DNA of 64,000 nt, from NCBI RefSeq assembly GCF_030684315.1, contig NC_081369.1, positions 9,710,035 to 9,774,034 on the forward strand, in the 5' to 3' direction. Position numbers and translations under genes: made by a program. The notes under the pieces are model-generated. The model did no database searches and had not been told where the DNA came from. It saw nothing but the letters and a program-made list of their open reading frames with translations. Of the stretch, positions 36,343 through 50,137 are shown in pieces. Source of the DNA: Stegostoma tigrinum. Lineage: Eukaryota. Position 1 is the stretch's first letter; the number at the start of each line of letters is the position of its first letter.

Positions 36343-39300
36343 ATAATCCTGACAAGTTAAAGGGGTGGGGATGGAGCCTGTAGAGGTGAGTGTGGGTGGG
36401 GAGGTATGGAGGGGATAGGTCAGTCCGGAGAGGACAGACAGGTCAAGGAGGCAGGATGAGTTTAGAAGGTAGGAAATGGAGGTGCAGCTTGAGGTGGGAG
36501 GAGGGGATAGGTTAGAGGAAGAACAGGTTAGGGAGGCGGGGACGAGCTGGGCTGGTTTTGGGCTGCGGTGGGGGAAGGGGAGATTTTGAAGCTTGTGAAA
36601 TCCACATTGATAGCAATTGGGCTGCAGCGTTCCCAGGCGGAATATGAGTTGCTGTTCCTGCAACCTTCGGGTGGCATCGTTGTGGTATTGCAGGATGCCC
36701 AGGATGGACATGTCATATAAGGAATAGAAAGGGGAATTGAAATAGTTCGCGACTGGGAGGTGCAGTTGTTTATTGCGAATCGAGCGGAGGTGTTCTGCAA
36801 AGCGGACCCCAAGCCTCGGCTTGGTTTCCCCGATGTAGAGGAGGCCACACCGGGTACAGTCGATGCAATATACCACATTGGCAGATGTGCAGGTAAACAT
36901 CTGTTGGATGTGGGAAGTCTTCTTGGGGCCTGGGATGGGGGTGAGGGAGGAGGTATGGGGACATGTGTAGCACTTCCTGTGGTGGCAGGGGAACGTGCTG
37001 AGTGTGGTGGGGTTGGAGGGTAGTGTGGAGCGGACAAGGGAGAGAGTGGTCCCTCTGGAAAGCAGACAAGGGTGGGGATGGAAAAATGTCTTTGGTGGTG
37101 GGGGCGGATTGTAGATGGCACAAGTGTCAGGGGATGATGTATTGGATCCAGAGGTTGGTGGGGTGGTATGTGAGGATCAGGGGGATTCTCTTTTGGCACT
37201 TATTGCGAGGGTTGGGTGTGAGGGATGAGTTGCGGGAAATGCGGGAGACACGGTTGAGGGGGTTCTTGACCATTGCGGGGCCGGGGGGGGCATGTTGCAG
37301 TCTCTTTCCTACCTACTAACCTCATCCCACCCCCTTGACCTGTCCATCCTCCCCGGATTGACCTATCCCCTCCCCACCTGCCCACCCAGACTCAGCTCTA
37401 CTCACCTCCATCCCCGCCCCTTTAACCTGTTTGTCTCTTCTCCACCTATCTTCTCCTCCCATCTTTGATCCACATCACCCTATCTCCCTATTTATTTCAG
37501 AATCCTCTCCCCGTCTCTCTTTTCTGATGAAGTGTTTTGGCCCAAAACGTCAGCTTTTGTTCTCCTAAGATGCTGCTTGCCCTGCTGTGTTCATCCAGCC
37601 CCACACTTTGTTACCTCGGATTCTCCAGCATCTGCAGTTCCCGTTATCTCTGATACAGTATATGCACAGATTGTAGTACTATGTACCTGGAAGAAACAGC
37701 TATACTGCTGAAACCTACCTTGTAAGTTGCAGCACTGATCTCTTCATGGACAAACAAGATGAAGCAGTGACAAAGTGGCACTGGTAACAGCGTTGATACA
37801 TCAATGAGATGGGCGATTGAGAGACACATGTTGCCAGTGGATCCTTGGAAGAACCCAGCTGAATAAATGTTCAACACAACTGTTGTGTTGATATCCGCTA
37901 CAATATGATGATCATCCACTCCTTCAGGTCCAAAGTCCTACTATCACAGTTGGTATAGTTCAGTGACAGTGTTCTGGGACATCCTCAGACTATGCTTACA
38001 CTGTGCTTTGCTCATTTGGATAAATTAATTACATGAATCAAACGCTCTGATCCTGCTATATCTCCTGTACATCTCGATAGAAACTTTAGCTGTGAACTGC
38101 TCATGTGGACACAGTTGGCATCTGTTGCTTTTTGCTGTTCATTTGTTGGTGCATCTGCTCCTCTACTATTTGTGCTTTTGCTTCATTGCAGCAAAAGCAA
38201 TGGTAACTCCTGATAATGGATTTGTGTGAGGAACATTAGAAATAGAACAGGTTCTTAGCAATGTGAACAGTCGATATTTGCATCACTCACAAATCATGGC
38301 ATAACATATTTTGCCATATATTGTGGGGCATCAACATGCCGGCAAAAAATACAATGGATTAACTCCATATGGAAAGTAGATGCTGGGGACCTTAATCACT
38401 GCCACACCAGTCACGCCTTAAAAACACAATAGAAATTTGTAAGCGCTGCATGAATACTGGTCTGTTCTTCTCAGACCCATATAACCAACAAAGACAACAT
38501 TGTATATAAAAATATGTTGCATTTAGGAAACAGTTCTGTGACATTTTTCAGGTCTTTACCTGCTGTGCATCACCTCCCCAACTGATGATCCCAAATTCCT
38601 GTTTCCACTGTATCTACAGAGCTGACTGTGGCCCATTTCCATGACTGCAATTAGATGAACTTCTTGAGTCCCTGAACTGTATGTGATCTTGACAGACTGT
38701 ACCAGGACTCTTGACTGGCAGCAGCCTCCTTGATATGACAAAGGACTACACACCTTTGGCTGATGCACACATCACATGTGTTGCCATATGCAAGCCTCAG
38801 GATATAGATTGTGGAATATTCAGTGATTGTAATTCAATTGAATGTCAAGAGGCAATAGTTAGATCCTTCCTTGCAAATGATGGTCATCGCCTGACACTTG
38901 AGTTGCCTAAACATTATCCAGGTTTGGGATGACAAGTGGCAAGTAATGTCCATATCTTGCTGCAGTTGGACATGAGTAGTCGTTATTGGTGCTGAAAATC
39001 ATGCAATCAACAGCAATGATGACCCTTTCTGAACTTAAATGGGGGTAAGGTCATTGATGAAGCAACTGACGATAGCTGGGCCGAGGACACTCCCTGGAGA
39101 TTGATGATAACACAAACAATCAATTCTATAATGGTCAGAATCCACTAATATATTCATGACATTTCCCCATCATTTACCCTGAACTCATGGCTACATGTAA
39201 ACTGTCAGAATGCATTAAGAGCATGAGGCAATGCTTCTGTCAATATTTCCTCCAGTTGAACTGGAAGGCTGAAATCTCACTAAGTTGTGACAATAATTGT

Positions 39301-39799
39301 CACAGACTATCTGCTCCCTTGGCTCATATGCAGGTCAAGTAATGTCTGCAAAAATTGAATAGTTTAATTGAGACAGAGACACCTCCAACTCTGGTATTAC
39401 CAAGAATGTTGACTTCTCCCAGAGGAGCTTTATGTTTCTCATTTTATGACTCCTAAAATTATTTGCTATTTAAAATCATAACCAGATTCAATTTCATCAT
39501 CATCTTCCTCAGCAGCTTCCTCCTTTCCCATGCCATGAACTCTCTGTTGTTAAAACTCAGTACTTCTTGATATCCTCCATTAAGCCCTGTTCATCCTTCC
39601 TTCCTAACCTCTTGCACTGCCCATTCTCATTGGGAAATGAAGTAAGAATGTGGGGCAGACGGCACCAACTTGATGTTCTCAAAACACTAGTATTAGACTC
39701 TTGCTGTAATGTTCAAACTGCTCTATAAACTCATTCCCTGTACCTTTCCAAACTCCTCCAACCTTACGTTACTTCCCATACCCTTCAGCCTTCTGAGTG

Positions 39800-41025
39800 A
39801 CACAGTTTTTTGAATAAGTGGCAAAGAAGATTGATGAAGGCAGAATAGTGGACGTTATCTGTCTGTACTTCAGCAAGGCATTTGACACATGGGAGAGTGC
39901 TTAGCAAGGTTAGATCACATGGAATCCAGGGAGAGCTAGCAATCTGGATACAAAACTGGCTTGAAGGAAGGAGACAAAGGGTAATGGTGGATGGTTGGTT
40001 TGCAGATTGGAGGCCTATGACAAGCAGTGTACTGCAAGGATCTGTGCTGCGCCAATTGCTTTTCATCATTTACAAGAATAATTTGAGTGTGAATGTAGGA
40101 GATACGATTATAAACTTGTAGATGGCATGGACATTGGTGGGGTAATGGACAGCAAAGGCTACCTAAGAGTTCCATGGGACTTTGATCAGATGGGCCAATG
40201 GGCTGAGGAGTGGCGGATGGAGTTTAATTTAGATAAATGTGTGGTGCTGTATTTTGATAAGGCAACTTCAGATAGGACTTATACAATTAATGATAAAGTC
40301 CTAGGAAGCATTGCTGAACAAAGAGATTTTGGAGTGCAGGTTCATATTTCCTGAAAGTTGAGTCATAGATTGACAAGGTAGTGAAGAAGGCATTTGCTAC
40401 ACTTGCCCTTATTAAGTATTGAGTATCAGAGTTGGAACGACATGTTGTGGTTGGACAGGACATTGGTTAGGCCACTTTTGGAACAGTGTATTCAGTCCAG
40501 TTCTCCCTGCCATAGGAAAGAAATGTAAAAGGATTCAGAAAAGATTTGCAAGGATGTTTTCATGGTTGGAGTGTTTGAGCTATAGGGGAGTCTAATTAGG
40601 CTGGAGCTATTTTCCTTGTATCATTGGTGGTTGTGGGCGATGTTATAGAAGTTTATAAAAATCATGATGGGCATGGATAGACTATATAGCCAAGGCCTTT
40701 TCACTAGGAGCGGGGAGTCCAATATTAGGGGGCATAGGTTTAAGGTGAGAGTGGAAGGATTTGAAAAGCACCTAAGGGGCAACTTTTTCATGAAGACGTT
40801 GCTTTTATTTTTGCATATAATGAGTTGCCAGAAGAGGTGGTGGAGGCCAGTACGATTATACCATTGAAAAGGCATCTGGATGGCTACATGAATCAAAATG
40901 GTTCAGGAAGATATGGATCAAATGCAGGTGAATGGGATTAGATTAATTTAGGATATGTTATTGGCATGAGCAAGTTGAATCAAGTGATCTGTTTCTGAGA
41001 TGATATATCACTATGACCCTATGAC
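39800..41025 (+). mobile_element. CR1 LINE 3' fragment
   Basis: HGIQGELAIWIQNWLEGRRQRVMV...SVLQGSVL; WRMEFNLDKC; tail ctatgaccctatgac. Confidence 0.9.
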
Positions 41026-41824
41026 AGATTGATTTTTATGCCTGGCCTACATGCCAGCACTTGATGACAAAGCGGCAGCACTTTAACAGCTTCCATCCTG
41101 CGGCCCAACTGTAAAAGGAAGCAGTCATATAACTACCTCTCTTCAGCCTCAAAGAGGAGACCTATTAAAAGTAGAGTCAATAGGGATCAAAAGGAAATTT
41201 TTCCAGTGTCCATAGTCATATCTAATGGCAAGATTATTGTGTTTGCAGCAAACTAATTATCATAGCCTTTAGGGAGCAAAATGTTCCACAGGCTCAGCTA
41301 TCTTCAGCTACTTAATGAAATATAGTTTTTCTATTATAAGCCCAAATGCGGGGCTGTTTGACAATGATTTTACAGCAATCAACTTTACTTGCAATTCCTC
41401 ATAAGTCATCCAGTCCTCCATATGAAAGATGTGGCCAGTTTCCAACATAATGTATAAGATCCATGTTTCACAAGGGCAAGTAATTACAATCTCCAATGGA
41501 AGGGAACCTGCACAATTTTCCTTATCATTTATCTAAATTATCATTGTGATAACTCTATAATCATGGCCTGTCAGTAGTGAGGAAGCAGCACCTGAACTGT
41601 GCTTGTATTATGGCTGTGACCACTCTAGCAAGTCAGAGACTCAGTAATTTATAGCAATCAGCTTAAGCCATAACTCCCTTAACCACCTGAAAAACCGACA
41701 AACTGTAAAGCAGGAGTATGATAGAAAATGCATTGTATCTCTGGAAATGAACAGCTGCAACAATTGCTTAGAAACTAAAAACTGTCTAAGAACCAACTAT
41801 TTACTTGAACTTATATATATATCT

Positions 41825-43560
41825 TGGGGTTGTTGACTTGCTCACTGAGCTGGCTTGTTTTCATTCAGAATGATTCACCACCATGCTACGTGACATCATC
41901 ATCTGATGAAGCAATTTTGTTCTACTCACTTGGAATTTGTACTTTCTGGTCTGTTATGTTGAAGTACCGTCATGTTGAGATTTGATTTGTATGGGTTTGT
42001 ATATGGAGTCCAATTCTATGTGTTGTTGATTGCATTATGGTTGAGAACAATGCCTCTAGGAAGTCCTGTGCATGTCTATTTGTGGCTTGGGCGACAATGG
42101 TTACATTGTCCTAGTTAAACTGATGGCCTTCATTGTCTGGGTGTACTTATATGAACAAAAGTTCATGATGTCATTTTGCTGCTAGCCAATATTCTGATGG
42201 CTAGTTTCCATCCTGTCTGCCTTAAGTAATATTTGTTGCAGTTGTTGCATGGTATTTTGTAAACCACATTGGCTCTGCATGTTGTGGGAATGGGACTTTT
42301 ATTCCTTGTGAGTGTTAGCTGTGGGCTTGTGTACTACCATGATTCCCACTAGTTTTAGGAGTCTTGTTGTCAGTGAAGATATGTCCTTCATGTAGGGCAG
42401 TATGGCCAGTGTGTTAGGGCATACTGTGACCTCCTGTTGTGGCCCGTTAATAGGCATCTGTGGGTGAAGTTTCAGAGATATCTGTTCATCATGAAGATTT
42501 TGTATAAGTGCTCTTCCTCTTTCCTGTGTATTTCTGGAGTGTTGCAGTGTGCCATGACACATTTGAATAGTGTCCTAATCCAGCTTTGTTTGTGGACATT
42601 GGGGTAGTTGCTGTTGAACTTGAGGATGGGATCAGTGTGTGTTGCTTTTCCGTATACTGATGTTTTTAAACTCCCCATTGGTCCAAACCTCAATATACAG
42701 AAAAGCACCCCACACTGAACAAATCCTCATCTTCGACACCAACTCCACAACATCCACAAACAAATCAGGATTAGGATACTTTTCAAACGGGTCATGACAC
42801 ACTGATCCAGAACTACACAGGAAAGAGGAAGAGCACCTATACAAAATCTTCACTATGAATGCTGTTAAACTATGAAGCCTGTTAAACTGACAAAAACAGG
42901 AGGGCACAATATGCCCTAACACAATGGCCACACTACCCTACAGGAACAACATTCCATAACTGTCAAAAAGTCTCCTAAAACCACAAGGAATCACAGTAGC
43001 ACACAAGCCCACAGACCCTGTACGACAAACACTCACAAGAATTTAAGATCCCATTCCCACAACATGCAGAACCAATATGGTTTACAAAATACCATGCAAT
43101 GACTGCTAACAATATTACATAACACATTCAGGATGGAAACTAGCTATCAGAATACATGAACATCGGCTAGCTGAAAATGACACGATGGACTTTCCTTCAT
43201 ATCAGTACACTTAAATAACGAAGGTCATCAATTTAACTTGGACAATGTAACCAAAGTAGCCGAAGCCAAATATAGACATGCACGGGAATTCCTGAAGGCA
43301 TGGTTCTCAACCAATAATTTAATCAACAAACATATAGAATTGGACCCCATATACAACCCATATTGATCAAAACTTGAAATGATACTACTCACCATAACGG
43401 ACCAGACAGTATAAATTCCAAGCACTGTAGAACAACATCACCTCACCGCAGCCTTCACTGATGATGTCACCTAGCGTGGTGATGGATCGTCTGAATGAAA
43501 ACAAGCCAGCTTCGTGAGCAAATCAACAACCTCACCCACAACCTGAGGTACAAACCTTTG
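41825..43560. mobile_element. Second PLE family (Poseidon-like), two ~850-bp copies in inverted arrangement
   Basis: 41825-42684 (-) and 42685-43560 (+) both encode VYRKxTHT..., HKPT, VYKIPC and REFLxAW motifs; decayed hammerhead motifs at the outer ends. Confidence 0.8.
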
Positions 43561-45529
43561 CTTGAACTTTAAATATATATTGATTTTTCCATATTTGTGT
43601 ATCATGGCTGCAGTACATACTGCCTGAGACACTCAGCAGCAATTCTCCAAAGATTCTTCAACACAGCCTGCAGAAAGTAAAAAGTCAAGGTTAGTCAGTC
43701 TAAAGAAATGATGTGATATCTAAATTTCTCTCAAAGTCGTTTACTTTTTTTGAGCTGTATATATAACAAATAAATTTCATCAACTATAAATCAAAATCCT
43801 GTAATACCCTGCAAAGCAGCATTGAGGAGAAAGAATAGTGTGCAAGATCCAATCCTTATCAGATGCTTGATAAATATCTTTCCCTCTATTGTAAATTTGG
43901 AAGTGGGGACATTGGCTGATTGTTCAGTGTTCACCACCATTCACAACTCCTCAGATACTGAACCAGCTCATGGCTCAATTGCAGCAAGATCGGGGTGATA
44001 TCTTATTTAGCTGACATTTGGCAAGTAGTATTAGTGTTAAGCAATACCAACAAGAGGGAATGTGATCATTGTGCTTTTACATTCAGTCCCATTACCATCA
44101 CTTACTTCTCAATTAACAATGTCCTGGGGTTACGAATGATCAGAACTGAACTGTACAAGCCATATAAATACCTTGACTATCAAAGCAGGACAGAGGCAAG
44201 CAATCCTGCAGCTTGTTCCTCACTTCTCGATTCTCCAAATTCCATTTATCAATTACTAGTTCAACATCAGCAGGAGTGTTCCCTCTGATTTTCTTTTGGG
44301 TGCACAAAATGGCTGCCCATTGGCATAAAAATGGCTGCAGTAACAGAATGAGCTTGCCTGGTCTAGCATTAGAGTGAAGTCATAAGTTAAGCACAAAGGT
44401 TACTTTGAGAAGGAGGGAACCCAAGGTAACAGGGTCTAGTTGAATAAACAATCATACAAATTAATATACAGCGTGTTCTGTATGTGCAACAACTGGGCAT
44501 TTCTAAGAATTAGCCCAGAAATAAACTGTGCAATGCTGTAAATAAGCAAGAATTGGAGAAAAGCATGACCCTGCAATAACAGATAAATGGTAAATTGAAA
44601 GAACGACAAGGTTACGCCGTGTAACAACATAGAAGCTTAGACAAGTTCATTGTACTGAGAAAGGTGATTGAGTTTAATTCTTATTAATGGAATAAAAGTT
44701 GTATTATTAGGTAAAAAAGTTATTGTACAATATTCAGAGCCTATAAATTTCATCGTAAAAGACAGCATATGATTACAATGAGTTACAGTGAGGCTGCAAG
44801 AAAGAAGGATAGTGTTTACCCGACTATCCAAGGGTGGCTATGAGAGCTGCTCAAAACTCATTTGCTAAATAATTCTAACAGCAGGTGTAACCATCCTACT
44901 TTGTATATAACTGACTTCATCATAGAACTAATATTATGAATCTCATAGCAATTTTACAAATTAATATCCCTTGGTATTTCCTGTGATTAGAATAATAGGA
45001 AATATAAGATGAGCAACAGATTTTGATAAAGATGGGAATTAATACAATGAATAACATAATTTGACCACTCCTTAGGGATATGCAAGTCTGGGAAATGTCT
45101 GAAAAAGAATGTCTGGAAAGTGAATTAATGGGGTGAATTGTAAGATCCGAAGGTGTGATGATAACAATGTCTGGTAACCATCATGAGATCATGGGGAATC
45201 TAGGTCTGTCCATAGCGGTGCCCATCATTGATCAGGTGTTTCACAGGATTTAATGAGTAGATTAAGGGGGGGTAACAATGACAATTTTGCATGTAATTAT
45301 TATACCACAAAATGTAAAATAATGTGTATCCCACTGGGGAAATCAGTGCAATATTAACCTCTCCTCCAACTTGAGCCATCATTTGGAGTGGTCTCAGGCT
45401 TCTCCCACATGTGGTAAAGAACTTGAATAAAGATTAATTGTGCTACTGAACACAGAACTTGAGACTCCTTTTTAACACTTCTCTTCAACAATCTTGTTGC
45501 TGTTTGAAATCCAACTTACAACAGTGATG

Positions 45530-45850
45530 TCATCAATAAACTTACAATTCAGTTGGTGTGGAATTTGGTCACACAGTCGTGTGTGTGCAAGGATCATAGT
45601 AGGGGGCTGAGTACGCACCCTTCAAATGAGATGTTGTCGCCTATCAAATTTATGGTGGTCAGTTGGTCAGGAAGTCAAGAATATGGTTAGAGAGTGGGGA
45701 GCAGCGACGTAGGTCCCTGAGTTTGGAGACAATTTTGTTTGGAATTATGATTCTGAGGGCAAAACTGTAGTCAATAAGTAGGAGTCTGACATAGGTATCC
45801 TTGTTGTCCAGAAGTTCCAGGAGTGAGTGCATGGTCAAGTAGATGGTGTG
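45530..45850 (-). mobile_element. Rex1/Babar-type LINE RT fragment
   Basis: GCVLSPLL...HTHDCV...KFIDD. Confidence 0.65.
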
Positions 45851-48800
45851 ATACCATGAGACTTCGGTTCTGTGTCTGAAAAACAGGGCACAAATAATGT
45901 CATGGAATTTTTAAGGTATCACCCATTTAGTTAGAGGGCAGAATTGAAGGAAATCAGCATGTGTAAGAAAATGGTGCTGAGAAAATTGATGGAGTTAACA
46001 GCTGAAAAATTACCAGGGTCTGATCATTTACATCCCAGCATATGAAGGAAAAATGCCTTGGAAATATTGAATGCATTGGTAGTCATCTTCCAAAATTCTA
46101 CTAATGTGAAACAATTCCAAATTGAAGGTAACAAATGTAGCCCCACTATTTAAAGGAGGAAGAGAAAAATAAACAGTTTTACAAACCTGTTATCTTAACG
46201 TCAGGAGTGGAGAAAATCCTAAAGCTTATTAGAAAAGATGTGATAACAGAACATTTGGAATGCTTTAATGGGATTGGAAAAGGCCAGCATAAGTTTATGA
46301 AAGGCAAATCATGCTAAACAAATTTTGAGGCTGTAACCTATAAAATAGGTAAAGGATCAGTGTCGATACTGATGGTGAATTTGGTAGAAATGAGGATGGA
46401 TTGAATACTTTGGACCTGTTACATGGAGTTTTTGTATTGCACCTTCTTTATGAAATTGCTTCTTGTTTGAATCAGGAGTCAGACTTTCTGTGTGGAGGAC
46501 ATTGTGATTTTTAAGAATGTGATCTCAGAATTTTTGTTTGCATCTTTGAATTTTTTGTGTCATCAGTGTTTATTTTATTCCATTTGACAGAGGAAGTTTG
46601 TTTCCAGCACCATATGATTGAAAATTTTGTTTAAAGTTGATGAAGCTATATTTTTATGATTATAGTGAGGGAAGGTGATACTAAGAAAAGGAAAGGGCAT
46701 GTATATTATTTCCGCTGTGTCACAACAAAGTGACCTCAATATATGGCCATTTCCTTAAAGCTGAGTAGCATGAGATTATTTCCCTTCTTTCACCAAGATA
46801 AATATCTCCAAACAATAGGTATGAACAAGTCAGAAGGCCTCTGAAGTATAACACAGACCACACAAGTTGAAACTGCAGCTGCTTCCTTTTTTTGACAAAT
46901 GGCAGCATTTTACAACAGTAAAGGGAAGTATATTATGACATTTAACTTGTTTGTCACTCGAAGAAAAGTACAAAAGGAAAATTTATTCAGGTAACCTCTA
47001 CTTGAAACTTATTTTTTTTATCATAAACCTTTCAAGTACCAACTGCTGTGCAGTTTCCTTGTTATTCATTCTTGGGAGGTAGACTTCTGTAGTAAGGCCA
47101 GAATGTCTTCCACAATGATCATCTCCCTGAGAATGTGATTTTTGTTTTTTTTTAAGTTACTAGAACTTTTTGTAACAGTTTGATATGACAGAATATGTGC
47201 CAGGTTAATTTAGTTTGCTGTTAACAGTCAACCACAATATTAGAGAATTGGACTCAGTTGAGATTAGATAAGACCATTTTGACTTTTATAACAATCCAAC
47301 AACTTCATTGCCACAGACACTCACTCAGATTTCATTTGCTTACTCCTCCCATTGTTTGGCTTATAAATATCTATGAAATCTAAACTATGTGGAACAAAAA
47401 GGTCTTAAGTTCAATACTCAGTGCTACAGTATCCAAAATTATCTCAAACAAAGTAGGTTCTATATCTGAGATAACAAGTTGTAGAGCTGGACGAACACAG
47501 CAGGCCAAGCAGCATCAGAGGAGCAGGAAAGCTAATGTTTCAGGCCTAGACCCTTCTTAGAAATTCTATCTCTCTAGATTCTATATCTGATCTTATTGCT
47601 CTTGGACTTAGACATGGCATTATCAATTCAGCCAATTTAGGGCAATGATACAAGGAAAAAATGTACAATGTGGTTTTAATGTAGCGCATTTCAAATTACT
47701 AATCACAGCAGAAAATTACTCAAGCTATGATATAAAAGGTCAAATTAGAAACAAATTAGTTTCAGAGATAGTAGGAACTACAGATACTGGAGAATCTGAG
47801 ATAACATGGCATAGATCTGGATGAACACATCAGGCCAAGCAGCATCATGGGAGAAGGAAAGCTGGCGTTTCAGGCATTGATAGGGTCTAGGCCCGAAACG
47901 TCAGCTCTCCTGCTCCTATGGTGCTGCTTGGTCTGCTGTGTTCATCCAGCTCTACAACATGTTATCTTAGAGCCAAATTAGAATGGTTTTCCCTCTGCAA
48001 TACAAAAGAGTGTTGATATTCACTGTTTCTTTCATCTTAAGTTCATCATCCTGTAAAGCTAGTTGAAAATTGTCAATGCTGAAAAAAATCCATTTGGTAT
48101 TTTGATTCTTAAAGAAGAAAAAATCAGCATGATACTCTGAGAGTAAGATGAAGTAATGCACACTGGTTCGATTTATGATTCAAAATTTGTAATCAGAGGA
48201 GAAGGGAGAGAAGTACTCACTGTTTTCTGTACTTAATGCTATACACAGATCATTTTGCTGAATTTGAGTTTCACATTTGTCTTATCAAGTATAACATCTT
48301 CTACATGAAATCTGTCCCAAGCTTTAGCAGGGAAAGTAACAACACAACTTTTCAACAAATTACATTTCACAATACAGGTTGGGATGCAGCAGAAGAAATG
48401 GGTTTGGTTGGACTAACTGGGCCATTCTGTAGACAGCAAGCATGCATTCAATGGGACAAACTGGCACCATCTGTGACACATACGAGATATGACAAATTTT
48501 GTGGAAGGGTGAAGTAAGTTGGTTCAGCAATTTTTGAATTTCCATGTGTAGCATGTTATTGGGCCAAAAACTGCTGTTTAATTTGCTCCATAATAGCAAC
48601 CACTTCTGTTCACTTCATTGTTAATCTACATATAAAACTAAGACCAGCATCTACGGTAAATTTGTAACGCATATAAGTTGGTTAACTAACATGTGGAAAA
48701 TGTAGTCCAGTTTGTCATAGAGAAAGGAAGGCATAAATGCCAACTGGAATGACTATCAATGGCAAATGGAAATAATACGTCTGATAAAGCTGTACTTTGC

Positions 48801-50137
48801 TTTGTCAAGGCCAGGATTATTCTTCAAGCAATTTTTCTGCATTTCAAAGAAACTGAAATCCACTTGTAGATATTTATCCACTTTTATTCAATTCACCACG
48901 CTTCAGTATTATGACAGTAAAATCCGACTCAGTGAAAGTGAAGTCATATTCCACATAGTATAACTACAGTTTAGTTTGCAGAATCAATATATGAGTTATC
49001 TTTTTTTAATTTTAGATGCAGAGAACTATCTTGAGAATGCTGACACATTAATACTCCATTGTGGTTTATTTTGACCCTGTATAAACTTGGATTTAAAAAT
49101 GAACGTAACTGTGAACACAGTATAAAATATCTGGTTCCTCTTTCGGCTTCTCAGCTGCGTTTCTGTGTCCATCAACAAGATTGGGAGTATACGTTGTGTA
49201 TGCTACACTACATCTAATGTATACTTTGATGATTTAAGTGAGATTGATAGCTTTGAAGCAGAACATCCTATTCGTATTATGTTCAGTTTAAGCCAGGATA
49301 TAACAAATGTCTCCATTAAAATAATAGGCAATGTATTTTTGCACACTCTTCTAGTTTAGAAACACACTTTAATGAGTTTATATCGCTCAATCTTAGAGCA
49401 GAGTGGCAGGAAACACTAGTATGATACCTGACCTGCAAATGTTCAATTGCACAATCTCTCATGTAAATTATTGCAATTGCACAACCTCTCACTCTACCAA
49501 ATTCAGATAATAACAGCGAAAGAATTCAAGCGGTTTCATTTTTTTACACCACAAACATGTTTCAGTCTAGCCAAAATGACAAAATATTTTCCATTCAGTC
49601 ATAACATTTACACAGAAAGAAGGTCAGAATTAATCATGACGGCACCCATGATGGAGGAGGCAGTTCAATTGACTGCCATCATTGTTTAAGAACAATGCCA
49701 ACCCTGCTAAGTTAATACAATGTACAGAATTCAAATGATTTTTTTCAGATACTATATATTGATACTATATATATTAAAACATTTTGAGGCATTCACACTA
49801 TGCTGAATTTCAGTTTTTTGGTGCTCAATAGAGTAATTATTTTACCTTATTAGTACCGTGTGCACAGAATTCCAGTACCCATTCATATCGCCGTCCAGAA
49901 TTCTCCACTCCTTATTTACAGTTTGCAGGATGCAGTGCTCAATTTTTATCAAATTTTGACTATTAATTTCTGTCACAAAATATACACATTTTATTGCATT
50001 CTAAAACTTCACGGTGCAACTGCTTCCATTGTATATTAAAACATATTATACCATTATACTAACTTAAAAATTGCAATCCTTGTCAGGGATAATGTACTAT
50101 GTAGTATTTACAAAAGAGCACAGACAGAGTAACATGT

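Larger units (their letters stand above)
35326..37650 (-). mobile_element. Composite: minus-strand PLE (GIY-YIG) split by a CR1 LINE, with a plus-strand terminal repeat at ~37300-37650
   Basis: ORF 36340-36900 has GIY-YIG. PLE terminal sequence resumes across the CR1 (gagacagaca / gacaagttaaag). Confidence 0.85.

Noticed and set aside
45139-45523. Possible solo LTR (TG...CA, AATAAA)
   Set aside because: No clean TSD and no second copy in the window.
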